A stretch of DNA of 64,000 bases from a candidate division FCPU426 bacterium. GTDB taxonomy: Bacteria; Oederibacteriota; PGYV01; Palsa-1178. The notes under the pieces were generated by a model. The model saw nothing but the letters and a program-made list of their open reading frames with translations, made no database searches and had not been told where the DNA came from. Positions 21,301-29,407 of the stretch are shown here, piece by piece; position 1 is the first letter of the stretch; the number at the start of each line of letters is the position of its first letter. The position numbers were made by a program, and so were the translations under genes. The stretch is taken from NCBI GenBank assembly GCA_963840035.1, contig CAWIXE010000002.1, forward strand, positions 192,001 to 256,000, in the 5' to 3' direction.

Positions 21301-22255
21301 GGCCACGGACCAGAACACGCCTACATACACGGGAACAATCACCGCAACAGCGACCGCTACATCCACCGGGAGCGAGACGCCGAAGGCCACGGAATCAAGC
21401 ACGATTACAGTTTACTCGCCGACATTTACCCTGACCGCGACAAGGACAAAAACATCAACGGCGACATATACTGCCACGGTTTCGCAGACGTATACGGCCA
21501 CAGCTACACCGACATTTACATCCACTAAAACAGCTACTTCAACAGCAACCATGACGCCGACCGTGACACAGACAAACACTCCCGCTTACAGCGCCACGGC
21601 AACGCCAACCATTACGTTTACCATAACAGGGACACCGCCGAGTGAAACTTTTACGCCAAGCATTACCAGGACATGGACATACTCGCAGACACCCACAGGA
21701 ACACAGACATTTACCATGACATCCACGCATACACCCACGCTGACATTTACCAATAGTCCGGTTAATACCATGACATATACCGTTACACGCACAAATACAC
21801 CGGGCAATACGCCCACATTTACATACAGCCACACGCCTTTAAACACCGAGACACAGACATCCACGCTGCCGCCTACCCAGACACGGACCCCGGTTAATAC
21901 CGCCACATACACATGGACGATGCAGGCGGCAACGCCAACCTTTACGCCGACTTCCACGGCCATTGCGCAAACCGGAGGAGTGACGCTCTATCCAAACCCG
22001 GTAAATCCCGCCACACAGGACCTTTACGCCGGGTATACGCTGGAGAGGAACGCGGAGAAGGTGGAGTTTTTCATTTATTCATCTGGCTTCAGGCAGGTGG
22101 CAAGGGTTCAGTGGAATAATCCGGGCGCGGGATATAATAAAGGCGTTGTAGAAAGGCAGTATCTGCAGGGCCTGTCAAACGGGACTTATTATTATATGAT
22201 GCAGGATGATAATGGCAAAAGGCTAAAAACTGGAAACTTTATTATCCTTAAATAA
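18308..22255 (+). CDS. Secreted GH9 (N-terminal Ig) + 2 malectin-like domains + Thr/Pro stalk + YPNP C-terminal domain
   Basis: GGWHDAGDYGKY, NPHHR, PWPGLLIGG, NEIAINW; two IRVNCGG/LRIDCGG...Y.V.L.F.E malectin modules. Start TTG 18308 (AGGAG upstream) or ATG 18317. Confidence 0.92.
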   Translation: MTAMRKIFITVIICLIPSIIFSAQNNAIRVDMEGYRTASKKSVMLVGQNYTSFTVKKVSDNSTVYTGTFGGTIADAASGDSVRQGDFSSVTAAGDYYVQVTGLGESYSFTISDTVFNNVFITAMRGLYGQRCGPAISFTHRGTTFSHGACHTGNSAYDATTGLSGSRNCTGGWHDAGDYGKYALNGGVTMGTLLLMYERYKDILEAVNLGLPYSGGALPDVLVEIKYNLDFMMKMQYTTAGAMFGGVFHKVSNGFPAMTLMPQNDGATDVFQISSCATGDFAAVMAIASRVFEPYDAAYALSCSISAKNAWTYLKNNANIVPAGGFTGGLGGAYGDTDDRDERLWAAVELFNSTGATDYNTYVYDHYLDRALTDVADGGDDWKELHPVAYMSYIQSPQAAVNATVVAAMKTAFQAHVNTFRSRSQSTDGYKYVLVDGNYFWGSNSIGLNRGMRMLAAADIFNDSTYKDAAEEIVHYMLGRNPFNKSFVTYVGDSYMSNPHHRPSIGDSITPPWPGLLIGGANNEYNGGDPVIPAGQPAAKTYIDNDGSWGTNEIAINWQSSLIYVLAAFCQPPPPTPTPTATITGTPPTATITPTFTATPTFMEIRVNCGGPLFTDTPGKTWSADKAYTGYTGSAWGYVTAGQIDIRTGDITNTGDDTLFLYDRWSNNVSNLDYAFDVGTGTYQVRLRFAETWFTAAGQRKFNISLEGTLQQADFDIIGEAAGAWKYVDKTFVITVTDGTLNVSLTKGSVDWPVISAIEVITYYPPNTPTYSASPTKTVSPTITKTKTVTATPTASITGTPPTATSTVTFTATAVPTALRIDCGGPGYFDGTNTWIADAYFSGGNTGSTTDAIGLTTADVLYQTERYGTFSYDIPVADGTYEVTLKFCEFYFSAPLDRYFDVSIEGSAVLDNLDVLNMAGFENAYDRVFTVTVSDGVLNIQFTGVKDNATIDAIQVRPVIPTPTNTPSRTVTFTRTPVLSPTFTATYTGTRTLTATSTATDQNTPTYTGTITATATATSTGSETPKATESSTITVYSPTFTLTATRTKTSTATYTATVSQTYTATATPTFTSTKTATSTATMTPTVTQTNTPAYSATATPTITFTITGTPPSETFTPSITRTWTYSQTPTGTQTFTMTSTHTPTLTFTNSPVNTMTYTVTRTNTPGNTPTFTYSHTPLNTETQTSTLPPTQTRTPVNTATYTWTMQAATPTFTPTSTAIAQTGGVTLYPNPVNPATQDLYAGYTLERNAEKVEFFIYSSGFRQVARVQWNNPGAGYNKGVVERQYLQGLSNGTYYYMMQDDNGKRLKTGNFIILK

Positions 22256-22293
22256 ATATGGTATAATAGATTTACTTTAAAACCAGAGGTTAT

Positions 22294-25200
22294 ATGAAAA
22301 TTAAAAGACTTCTTACCATCCTTGCTGCAATCCTTATACTATCTTCATTTATATACCCGTCTGCGACAATCCCGTCACAGGCATGGAACCGCGACGTAGG
22401 CGCCACAGGCTATAAGGACGGCGCGCCCATAGGCGGCTTCGGAGCGGGGACCATCACGTGGAAATACGACGGCATATTTTATAAGGACAGGCTGAAAATA
22501 GGCCATGTCGGGTCCGGGCTTGAAAGCGATAACATAGCATTTACCGACGACGCTACAGCCAGGTTTTATCTGTACCAGAAAACCAGCGGCGCAGGCACAG
22601 CGACAGTAAGAAAACTTGACGCCGCGACTTTAGGCGCGGGACAGGCAAAATATTATTCGCTTTTTCCCATGTCGTGGGTAGATTATTACGGCACACTTTT
22701 TGACGTAAAAGCCACGGTCACCCAGTTTTCGCCCATCATACCAAACGACTACCAGCGCGTCAGCTATCCCATGGGTATTTATGAATGGGAAATAACAAAC
22801 CCGTCAGCCACGCAGTCATATGACGCCTCCATAATGCTTACCTGGAACAATGATTATTCCGGCGTTTCCGCGACTGCCGTGACAAACGGGAATTTTAAGG
22901 GCATAGTCCTGCACAGGACAGGCACGGGCGCGCCAACGCTCGAGACTGAGGGCGAGTTCGCGTTAGGCAGCATAAACGGAAACGGTGTGACAGTAACTGT
23001 CGCCTCATCAACAACAGCCGCAAACCTTGTAACGGATTTTACTACGGACGGAAAACTTAGCGGAACCACCGGGGCGAACACAATAGGCGCGGTATCATTC
23101 GCGGTTACGCTCGCGCCGGGCGAGACTATACGCGTACCAATAGTACTCGCGTGGGACATTCCCATTTACCAGGTGGGAACAGGAGATAAGTGGTGGAAGA
23201 GGTTTACGCGTTACTTCGGCAGGACAGGAAGGAACGCCTGGGCCATGATACAGGAAGCGCTCACAAACCACGCGTCATGGGAATCGCAGATTGACTCATG
23301 GCAGTCCGGAATACTCTCAAACCCTGATTACCCAAACTGGATGAAGTCAATGGTATTCAATGAACTTTATATTTATTTTACAGGAGGGACTGTCTGGGAA
23401 GCGGGGGGAGCTTCAGGGCAGGCTGATGAGGATTCAACCCCTGAAGGCGACATGTTCTCGCACCTGGAATCATATATTTACCCTTTTTACGGCACCTCTG
23501 ACGTGCGTTTCTACGGCTCGTGGGCGCTTTTCATGAACTGGCCCGACATAGACAAGCAGGCAGTAAAACAGTTCTGCGACAGCGTGCAAAATACCAGGAG
23601 TGACAGGGCACCGGGTGAAGGCACGACCGCGCATGACTTAGGCGGCATATACGCGTACAACCCGCCGGGAAACACATGTGTTTTAAACGGGACGCAGGGG
23701 CAGTGGTATTTATTTGACATCTGGAACTGCTACAGGTGGAGGTCGGCCTGCGACTGGAAGGATTTAAATTCAAAACTGGTGCTCATGGTTTACAGGGACT
23801 GGAAATTAAGCGGAAGCACGGACACCGCGTTCCTTAATTACTGCTATAACCCGGTCAAAATAGCCATGGCAAAAGTAAAAAGCCAGGATACCGACGGCAA
23901 GGGCTTGCCTAACTCAACGGGAATTGACCAGACATACGACGACATGGATTTAACAGGGGACACGGCTTACTGCGGAAGCCTTTTTCTTTCCGCGTGTCTT
24001 GCGGCAAAGGAACTCGCGATAGCCGCGGGCGATATCACTGCGGCGAACACATACCAGGCATGGTTTGACCTGGCCGCGCCGAATTTTGAGAACCAGCTGT
24101 GGACGGGTTCTTATTACAAAATAGACACGGGTAGCACCAATACCATGCGCATCATGAGCGACCAGCTTTGCGGACAGTGGTATGCGGACGCGGTGGGCCT
24201 GCCTGATATCGTGGTAAACACAAGGGCGGCACGGGCATACCAGACAATATACGACAATAACTTCATGAAATTCGGCGGCGGAGCGCACGGGGTTGTGAAT
24301 GTAATGCTGGATAACGGCACCATAGACACATCCACAGTGCAGACAAATGAGTGCTGGGTGGGGACGAGTTGGGGCGATGTCGCGGGCATGATACATATGG
24401 GCATGCTCACTCAGGCAGACGCCATCGGTCAAAGTATTTATAATACCATCTGGAATACGTCACAGTTATGGTTCAGGACACCTGAAGCGTGGAAAGTTGG
24501 CGTTACAAATCAGAGGGCGTATTATTATATGAGGGGAACGACTGTTTGGGCTGTTAAGTGGGCCTATGACCACAAGCCAGTCGTGGGAACGCCGACTAAC
24601 ACTCCGACAGCCACAATGACCAGGACAAATACACCTTATTATTCCCCGACATCCACCAGGACAAATACCCCTTTCGTCAGCTCAACAGCGACACCTACTT
24701 ACACAAATACGCCTGTTTTCACGGCAACGCAGACCTTTACCGCGACCCCTACATTTTCCGTGACAGCGACCTTTAACCCTGTCAGGGTTAACTGCGCAGG
24801 GCCGGGATACGCTTCGCCTTCAACTTTGCTTTACTGGGAGCAGGACCAGGCATACGGCGGCGCGAATACGTGGGGGTATACGGTACTTGGCAATGAAAAT
24901 ACCAGGGCTTACGCGATAAACGGAACTCTTGACGACACGCTTTATCAGTCGGAGCGGTGGAATGCCGCGCTGGGATATTCTTTCGACGTGCCGGACGGGA
25001 CGTACGAGGTAACGCTGAAATTCTGCGAGACATGGTTTGGCATTCCGGCAAACGGCGGGGGCGGGGCATTAAGCAGGCGGTTTAACGTGGCTCTTGAAGG
25101 CACGCAGGTGCTTACTAATTTTGACATTTACGCTGCCGCGGGTAACGCGGCGAGCACTGCCGTGGACAGGGTTTTTAACGTGACGGTTACTGACGGCACG

Positions 25201-26106
25201 CTGAATATAAATCTTACTTCCGGGTTAAGCGACAACCCTCTAATAAATGCCATACAGGTTTTAAGGCTGTTGCCGAGCCCGACTCATACGCCGTCATATA
25301 CCGCTACTAACACAAACACTCCGGCGGAGTCGCCGACATTTACAGGGACAAAAACACAGACCAGCACAGCAACGCCAACATCAACCGGGACTTATACGGC
25401 TACTGACACGCCTGTGGTCACGCCAACTCATACGAACACAAAGACCGCAACGCCTTCTGTCACGGAGACTTATACCATCACGGTTTTTTCCCCGACATTC
25501 ACACTGACAGCCACAGCAACAGGGACCATGACTGTGACCAGGACTGATACCCCCGTGTACAGCCCGACATCGACGCCTACGGCGACGCTTACCATGACAG
25601 GCTCGCCGCCAACGCAGACTTTTACGCCTAGTGTGACACAAACCCATACGCTGCTGCCGACAGGGACATTTACGGCTACAAGGACAAGCACGCCTGTAAA
25701 TACGGCCACGCTGACAAGCACAAAAGTCCCGAGCGCAACTTATACGCGCACGGCCCAGCCGACAAATACAAATACTCCGCAGGCTACTGCCACCCCCACT
25801 GCCACAAAAACAGCCGCGTCTGTAAAAAAAGACCCGGAGACATGGCCAAACCCGGTTGACGCTGACACGCAGGACCTTACTGTCGCGTATTACACGGCAG
25901 GCGGAAGCAAGGTGTTTTTCAGGGTCTATACGGTTAATTACAGGCTCATAACCCAGGTACAGTGGAACAATGTGCCGCAGGGATATAATGAAGGGACCGT
26001 TGACAGGCAGTACTTAAGGAAGCTCGCCAGCGGCATGTACTATTTTGTGGTGGTCTCTGATTCTGGGGAGAGTACAAAGTTGGGGAAGTTTGTGGTAATT
26101 AGGTAG
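22294..26106 (+). CDS. Secreted GH116 beta-glucosidase-like + malectin + Thr/Pro stalk + WPNP C-terminal domain
   Basis: GAPIGGFGAG, FSPIIP, HLESY...DVRFYGS, WKDLNSKLVLMVYRDW, DQTYDD, FRTPEA...YMR motifs of GH116. Confidence 0.88.
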   Translation: MKIKRLLTILAAILILSSFIYPSATIPSQAWNRDVGATGYKDGAPIGGFGAGTITWKYDGIFYKDRLKIGHVGSGLESDNIAFTDDATARFYLYQKTSGAGTATVRKLDAATLGAGQAKYYSLFPMSWVDYYGTLFDVKATVTQFSPIIPNDYQRVSYPMGIYEWEITNPSATQSYDASIMLTWNNDYSGVSATAVTNGNFKGIVLHRTGTGAPTLETEGEFALGSINGNGVTVTVASSTTAANLVTDFTTDGKLSGTTGANTIGAVSFAVTLAPGETIRVPIVLAWDIPIYQVGTGDKWWKRFTRYFGRTGRNAWAMIQEALTNHASWESQIDSWQSGILSNPDYPNWMKSMVFNELYIYFTGGTVWEAGGASGQADEDSTPEGDMFSHLESYIYPFYGTSDVRFYGSWALFMNWPDIDKQAVKQFCDSVQNTRSDRAPGEGTTAHDLGGIYAYNPPGNTCVLNGTQGQWYLFDIWNCYRWRSACDWKDLNSKLVLMVYRDWKLSGSTDTAFLNYCYNPVKIAMAKVKSQDTDGKGLPNSTGIDQTYDDMDLTGDTAYCGSLFLSACLAAKELAIAAGDITAANTYQAWFDLAAPNFENQLWTGSYYKIDTGSTNTMRIMSDQLCGQWYADAVGLPDIVVNTRAARAYQTIYDNNFMKFGGGAHGVVNVMLDNGTIDTSTVQTNECWVGTSWGDVAGMIHMGMLTQADAIGQSIYNTIWNTSQLWFRTPEAWKVGVTNQRAYYYMRGTTVWAVKWAYDHKPVVGTPTNTPTATMTRTNTPYYSPTSTRTNTPFVSSTATPTYTNTPVFTATQTFTATPTFSVTATFNPVRVNCAGPGYASPSTLLYWEQDQAYGGANTWGYTVLGNENTRAYAINGTLDDTLYQSERWNAALGYSFDVPDGTYEVTLKFCETWFGIPANGGGGALSRRFNVALEGTQVLTNFDIYAAAGNAASTAVDRVFNVTVTDGTLNINLTSGLSDNPLINAIQVLRLLPSPTHTPSYTATNTNTPAESPTFTGTKTQTSTATPTSTGTYTATDTPVVTPTHTNTKTATPSVTETYTITVFSPTFTLTATATGTMTVTRTDTPVYSPTSTPTATLTMTGSPPTQTFTPSVTQTHTLLPTGTFTATRTSTPVNTATLTSTKVPSATYTRTAQPTNTNTPQATATPTATKTAASVKKDPETWPNPVDADTQDLTVAYYTAGGSKVFFRVYTVNYRLITQVQWNNVPQGYNEGTVDRQYLRKLASGMYYFVVVSDSGESTKLGKFVVIR

Positions 26107-26148
26107 GGAGTGGTGAGTGAAAAGCACGCCGCACGTACCACATACCCG

Positions 26149-26177
26149 TTGATTTATAACGAATGTTCGTGTATTAT
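26149..26177 (+). promoter_or_regulatory. Sigma70-type promoter of the HTH-less LacI gene
   Basis: TTGATT-17-TATTAT; AGGGAG RBS before ATG 26213. Confidence 0.6.
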
Positions 26178-26212
26178 GAACAATGTAAATAAGGAAACCA
26201 AGGGAGAATATA

Positions 26213-27061
26213 ATGGCTGAAAAAATGCATACCATAGCGGTCGTATCAAAACTTTTTTCAAACTACTTTGTCCATGAAGTGTTGCAGGGTATTGAGCCGC
26301 ATCTTTTTAAGGGACCTTATGAAGTGAATTATTACCCCACGACCGGCAGGATTGACATAGAAAAAGACATGCTGAAATCCATATTATATGAAAAACGCGC
26401 TGACGCGCTCATATCCATATCCACTCCCATGGACGAAGAGCTCCTGCAGGCTTATAAGAACTCAAACATCCCCGTGGTTTTCATCGAGGAGTCCTGCGAG
26501 GGCGGCCACACCGTAAAAGTGGACAATGTAAAGGGCGCTTACATCGCTACGGAGTACCTCATAAAAAAAGGGCATAAGAAGATCGGAATATTGGCCGGCG
26601 AATTTCTGGATAAAAGGACAAATTCCATGGTAATAGAGAGGCTCATAGGATACAGGAAGGCAATAGAGGATTATGGAATGGCGCTTAATGAAAAATTCGT
26701 GAAGCATGTGGCATATTACTCATTTGAAGAAGGACGCCAGAAAATGAAGGAACTCCTGGACGAAAAAGCCGGGCTCGACGCGGTATTCTGCGCGGCAGGG
26801 GACTTAACAGCCATGGGCGTCATAGAAGAGCTCCGCGAGAACCACATAAAAGTACCCGAAGATATTTCAGTGGTGGGGTATGACGACATATTAACGGCGC
26901 AGTATAATAAGCCGGCCCTTACAACGGTAAAGCAGCCTATAGAACAGATGGGCTCAGAGGCATTTGAGCTCGCCGTTAAGTGCATAACCGGGGAAGTAAG
27001 CATGGACGAACATAGACTTATAATACTGGACCCGAAGTTTATAGTGCGGAAGTCAGCGTAA
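26213..27061 (+). CDS. LacI-family sugar-binding domain protein lacking the N-terminal HTH
   Basis: Begins directly at TIAVV (first core strand); rest collinear with neighbouring LacI paralogs (ILYEKRADALISIS, AVFCAAGD, VPEDISVVGYDD, IVRKSA). Confidence 0.85.
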   Translation: MAEKMHTIAVVSKLFSNYFVHEVLQGIEPHLFKGPYEVNYYPTTGRIDIEKDMLKSILYEKRADALISISTPMDEELLQAYKNSNIPVVFIEESCEGGHTVKVDNVKGAYIATEYLIKKGHKKIGILAGEFLDKRTNSMVIERLIGYRKAIEDYGMALNEKFVKHVAYYSFEEGRQKMKELLDEKAGLDAVFCAAGDLTAMGVIEELRENHIKVPEDISVVGYDDILTAQYNKPALTTVKQPIEQMGSEAFELAVKCITGEVSMDEHRLIILDPKFIVRKSA

Positions 27062-27115
27062 GGCACCTGTCTTAAACCCAGTATATGTTTAGATACTGTA
27101 TCTGCATGTGTGCAT

Positions 27116-27325
27116 GGTGGCTCAAGGTGGGTGGGAGGGCTTAAACGGCTCAAGTGGTTATGAAGGAAATTGGTTGGCTCAATGTGGGTGGGAAGGCTTA
27201 AACGGCTCAAGTGGTTGTGAAGGAAGCTGGGTGGCTCAAGGTGGGTGGGAAGGCTTAGACAGCTCAAGTGTTTTGAAGGAAGCTGGGTGGCTCAAGGTAT
27301 TGGGATAGCTTTGAAGGCTCAAGGG
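27116..27325. repeat. Tandem ~57-bp G-rich repeats (GGCTCAAG core), about 3.5 units
   Basis: Units start at 27116, 27173, 27230 and 27286. Confidence 0.85.
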
Positions 27326-27337
27326 AAATGGGGGGGT

Positions 27338-27715
27338 ATGAAAACATTTGAGGACTTGATTGTATATCAGGAGGCAAGAAAATTAATAAATGAGGTTTAT
27401 GCTTTAACAAATAGCGGGGGATTTGGAAGGGATTTTGATTTGGTCAGGCAGATACGCAGGGCAGCGGTTTCTATTGCGGCAAATGTGGCTGAAGGTTTTG
27501 AAAGAGGGTCAAATACGGAATTTATTCAATACCTGTATATAGCTAAAGGCTCCTGCGGAGAATTACGAGTCGAACTTGGAATCGCTTGTGATCAAAAATA
27601 TATTGAAGTTGTTGATTTTAACAGGTTAAAAGAAAAATGCGTTAGTGTCAGCTCAATGTTAAGTAATTTTATCAAAAGTTTGAAAAAATCAGGACTTAAA
27701 GGCCCAAAAAGGTAA
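27338..27715 (+). CDS. Four-helix-bundle protein (23S rRNA IVP/bAvd-like family)
   Basis: FEDLIVYQEA, QIRRAAVSIAANVAEGFER, FIQYLYIAKGSCGE; 125 aa from ATG 27338. Confidence 0.92.
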   Translation: MKTFEDLIVYQEARKLINEVYALTNSGGFGRDFDLVRQIRRAAVSIAANVAEGFERGSNTEFIQYLYIAKGSCGELRVELGIACDQKYIEVVDFNRLKEKCVSVSSMLSNFIKSLKKSGLKGPKR

Positions 27716-27725
27716 TGGCTGTTGT

Positions 27726-27837
27726 GCCAACCAACGTTCCATCACACCCACTTGAGCCTTGAGCCAACCAACGTTCTATCACACCCACTTGAGCCTTGAG
27801 CCAACCAACGTTCCATCACATCCACTTGAGCCTTGAG
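27726..27837. repeat. Three tandem 37-bp C-rich repeats, inverted relative to the upstream array
   Basis: gccaaccaacgttccatcacacccacttgagccttga at 27726, 27763 and 27800; reverse complement matches the ggctcaagtggttgtgaaggaagctgggtggc segments upstream. Confidence 0.88.
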
Positions 27838-27873
27838 ACAACCATGTTTTTAATAACCAACATAAAAATCCCC

Positions 27874-27923
27874 TTGCATTTTCACAATGAAAATGGTACT
27901 ATTATTTTAGTTTAGCGCTAAAC
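27874..27923 (+). promoter_or_regulatory. Promoter + operator GTTTAGCGCTAAAC upstream of LacI 28214 (probable autoregulation)
   Basis: TTGCAT(27874)-17-TACTAT(27897) with TG extension; palindrome at 27910-27923. Confidence 0.8.
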
Positions 27924-27998
27924 CAAATTAGGCATGTTTAACGTTAAGAGTTGAAAGTTTAGGGTTATAGACATTGTTAAGAAGATGTGTTTACAGTT

Positions 27999-28113
27999 TG
28001 TCATTGCGAGGAGCCGCAGTTGGCCTATGGCGACGAAGCAATCTCGTTTTCTCCTTCTGGAACAGCGAGATTGCTTCGTCGGCAAGTAACAAAAACGCCT
28101 CCTCGCAATGACA
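27999..28113. repeat. TGTCATTGCGAG REP-like inverted doublet
   Basis: tgtcattgcgaggag...gacgaagcaatctcg paired with cgagattgcttcgtc...ctcctcgcaatgaca; same family as 36981-37890. Confidence 0.88.
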
Positions 28114-28213
28114 AGCATAAGACTATAAACAGAACATGTTAACATTAAAGGTTATAGACAGGAATGTATCTGCTGTAACCATAAATTTTAAACTGTATTA
28201 AAGGAGGCCGTTC

Positions 28214-29221
28214 ATGAGCATCACGATTAAAGACGTCGCAAAGGCCGCGGGAGTTTCTCATACGACTGTTTCCATGGTCATACATAATGACAAAAGAATA
28301 ACCGCCGACACAAAAAAGAAAGTACAGGCTGCCATAGAAGACCTGAAATACCACCCGAATTATCTGGCCCGCGGGCTGGTGCAGGGCAAGTCAAATAACA
28401 TAGCGATTATGGCTACTTTTTTTTCCTCGTTTTTTGAGATGAATTTTTTGAAAGGAATAGAACAGCAAATCGGGGATTCCGAGTACCAGATAAATGAGTA
28501 TTCCACCAGGGGCAAGCCCGGGGTAAAGAAACATATCATGGAGCAGATATTATACGGGAAGAGGGCTGACGCGCTCATATCTCTTTCAATAAAGCCGGAT
28601 AAGGAAACGCTGGAAGAGTTCAAAAACAACGGTATTCCCGTGATTTTAATAGAGGAAGAAATGAAGGGCGCCCATTCGCTTAAGACGGATAATTACAAAG
28701 GCGGCTTCATGGCCACGGAGTACCTCCTCCAGAAATCGAGAAAAAAGATCGGCATTATAGTGGGCCAGATAAAAGGCGAAGAAGTCGGGACCAGCCCGGA
28801 AGACCGGTTCAAAGGTTATAAAAAGGCCCTTGATGAATTCAATGTCCCGTTTGACCCGAATCTTGTGTATGAAGTAAAGGATTTTGATTTTAAGGACGGA
28901 AAAGAAGGGCTCAAAAAATTCCTTTCGTCCGTAAAAAAACTTGACGCTGTTTTTTGCGCTGCCGGTGACTTTACCGCGATGGGCGTGCTGGAAGAGGCCC
29001 GAAAAATGGGCATTAAGATACCCCAGGACCTGGCGGTAGTCGGATATGATGACCTTGAAATGTCCGCTGTGGTAAACCCGCCGCTGACAACGATAAAGCA
29101 GTCAATAACCGAGATCGGGGCTGAAGCCTTTAAGATAGCGGTAGCTGCAGTTGAAGGCAAATTAAAGGAAACTAAGCACATTGTTTTGCAGCCGGAACTG
29201 GTTGTACGGGAAAGTGCGTAA
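28214..29221 (+). CDS. LacI-family transcriptional regulator
   Basis: ITIKDVAKAAGVSHTTVSMV; close paralog of 17016. Confidence 0.95.
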   Translation: MSITIKDVAKAAGVSHTTVSMVIHNDKRITADTKKKVQAAIEDLKYHPNYLARGLVQGKSNNIAIMATFFSSFFEMNFLKGIEQQIGDSEYQINEYSTRGKPGVKKHIMEQILYGKRADALISLSIKPDKETLEEFKNNGIPVILIEEEMKGAHSLKTDNYKGGFMATEYLLQKSRKKIGIIVGQIKGEEVGTSPEDRFKGYKKALDEFNVPFDPNLVYEVKDFDFKDGKEGLKKFLSSVKKLDAVFCAAGDFTAMGVLEEARKMGIKIPQDLAVVGYDDLEMSAVVNPPLTTIKQSITEIGAEAFKIAVAAVEGKLKETKHIVLQPELVVRESA

Positions 29222-29407
29222 ATATAATTACTAATTACCAATTACTAATGACTAATATAAGGCGTTAAAACCGACCCGAAATCCGCAATAGTCTAATGTG
29301 CAATTATTTCAATACTGTGACCTGCCTCACTGCTAAAAAACCCGACCCGGAGTACTATTTAACTGAGAAGACAGCAAGACAGAAACAGCCGGTTTGAAGT
29401 CACGGGG

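Noticed and set aside
1656..25721. Val/Gly-rich minus-strand ORFs opposite the Thr/Pro stalks
   Set aside because: Antisense shadows of ACN/CCN codon runs.
223..26106. Cellulosome or SusCD-type PUL
   Set aside because: No dockerin (duplicated GDxNxDG) or cohesin modules, and no TonB-dependent transporter or SusD gene.
27338..27715. Diversity-generating retroelement (Avd homolog)
   Set aside because: No reverse transcriptase and no TR/VR pair with adenine-specific mismatches was seen in the window.
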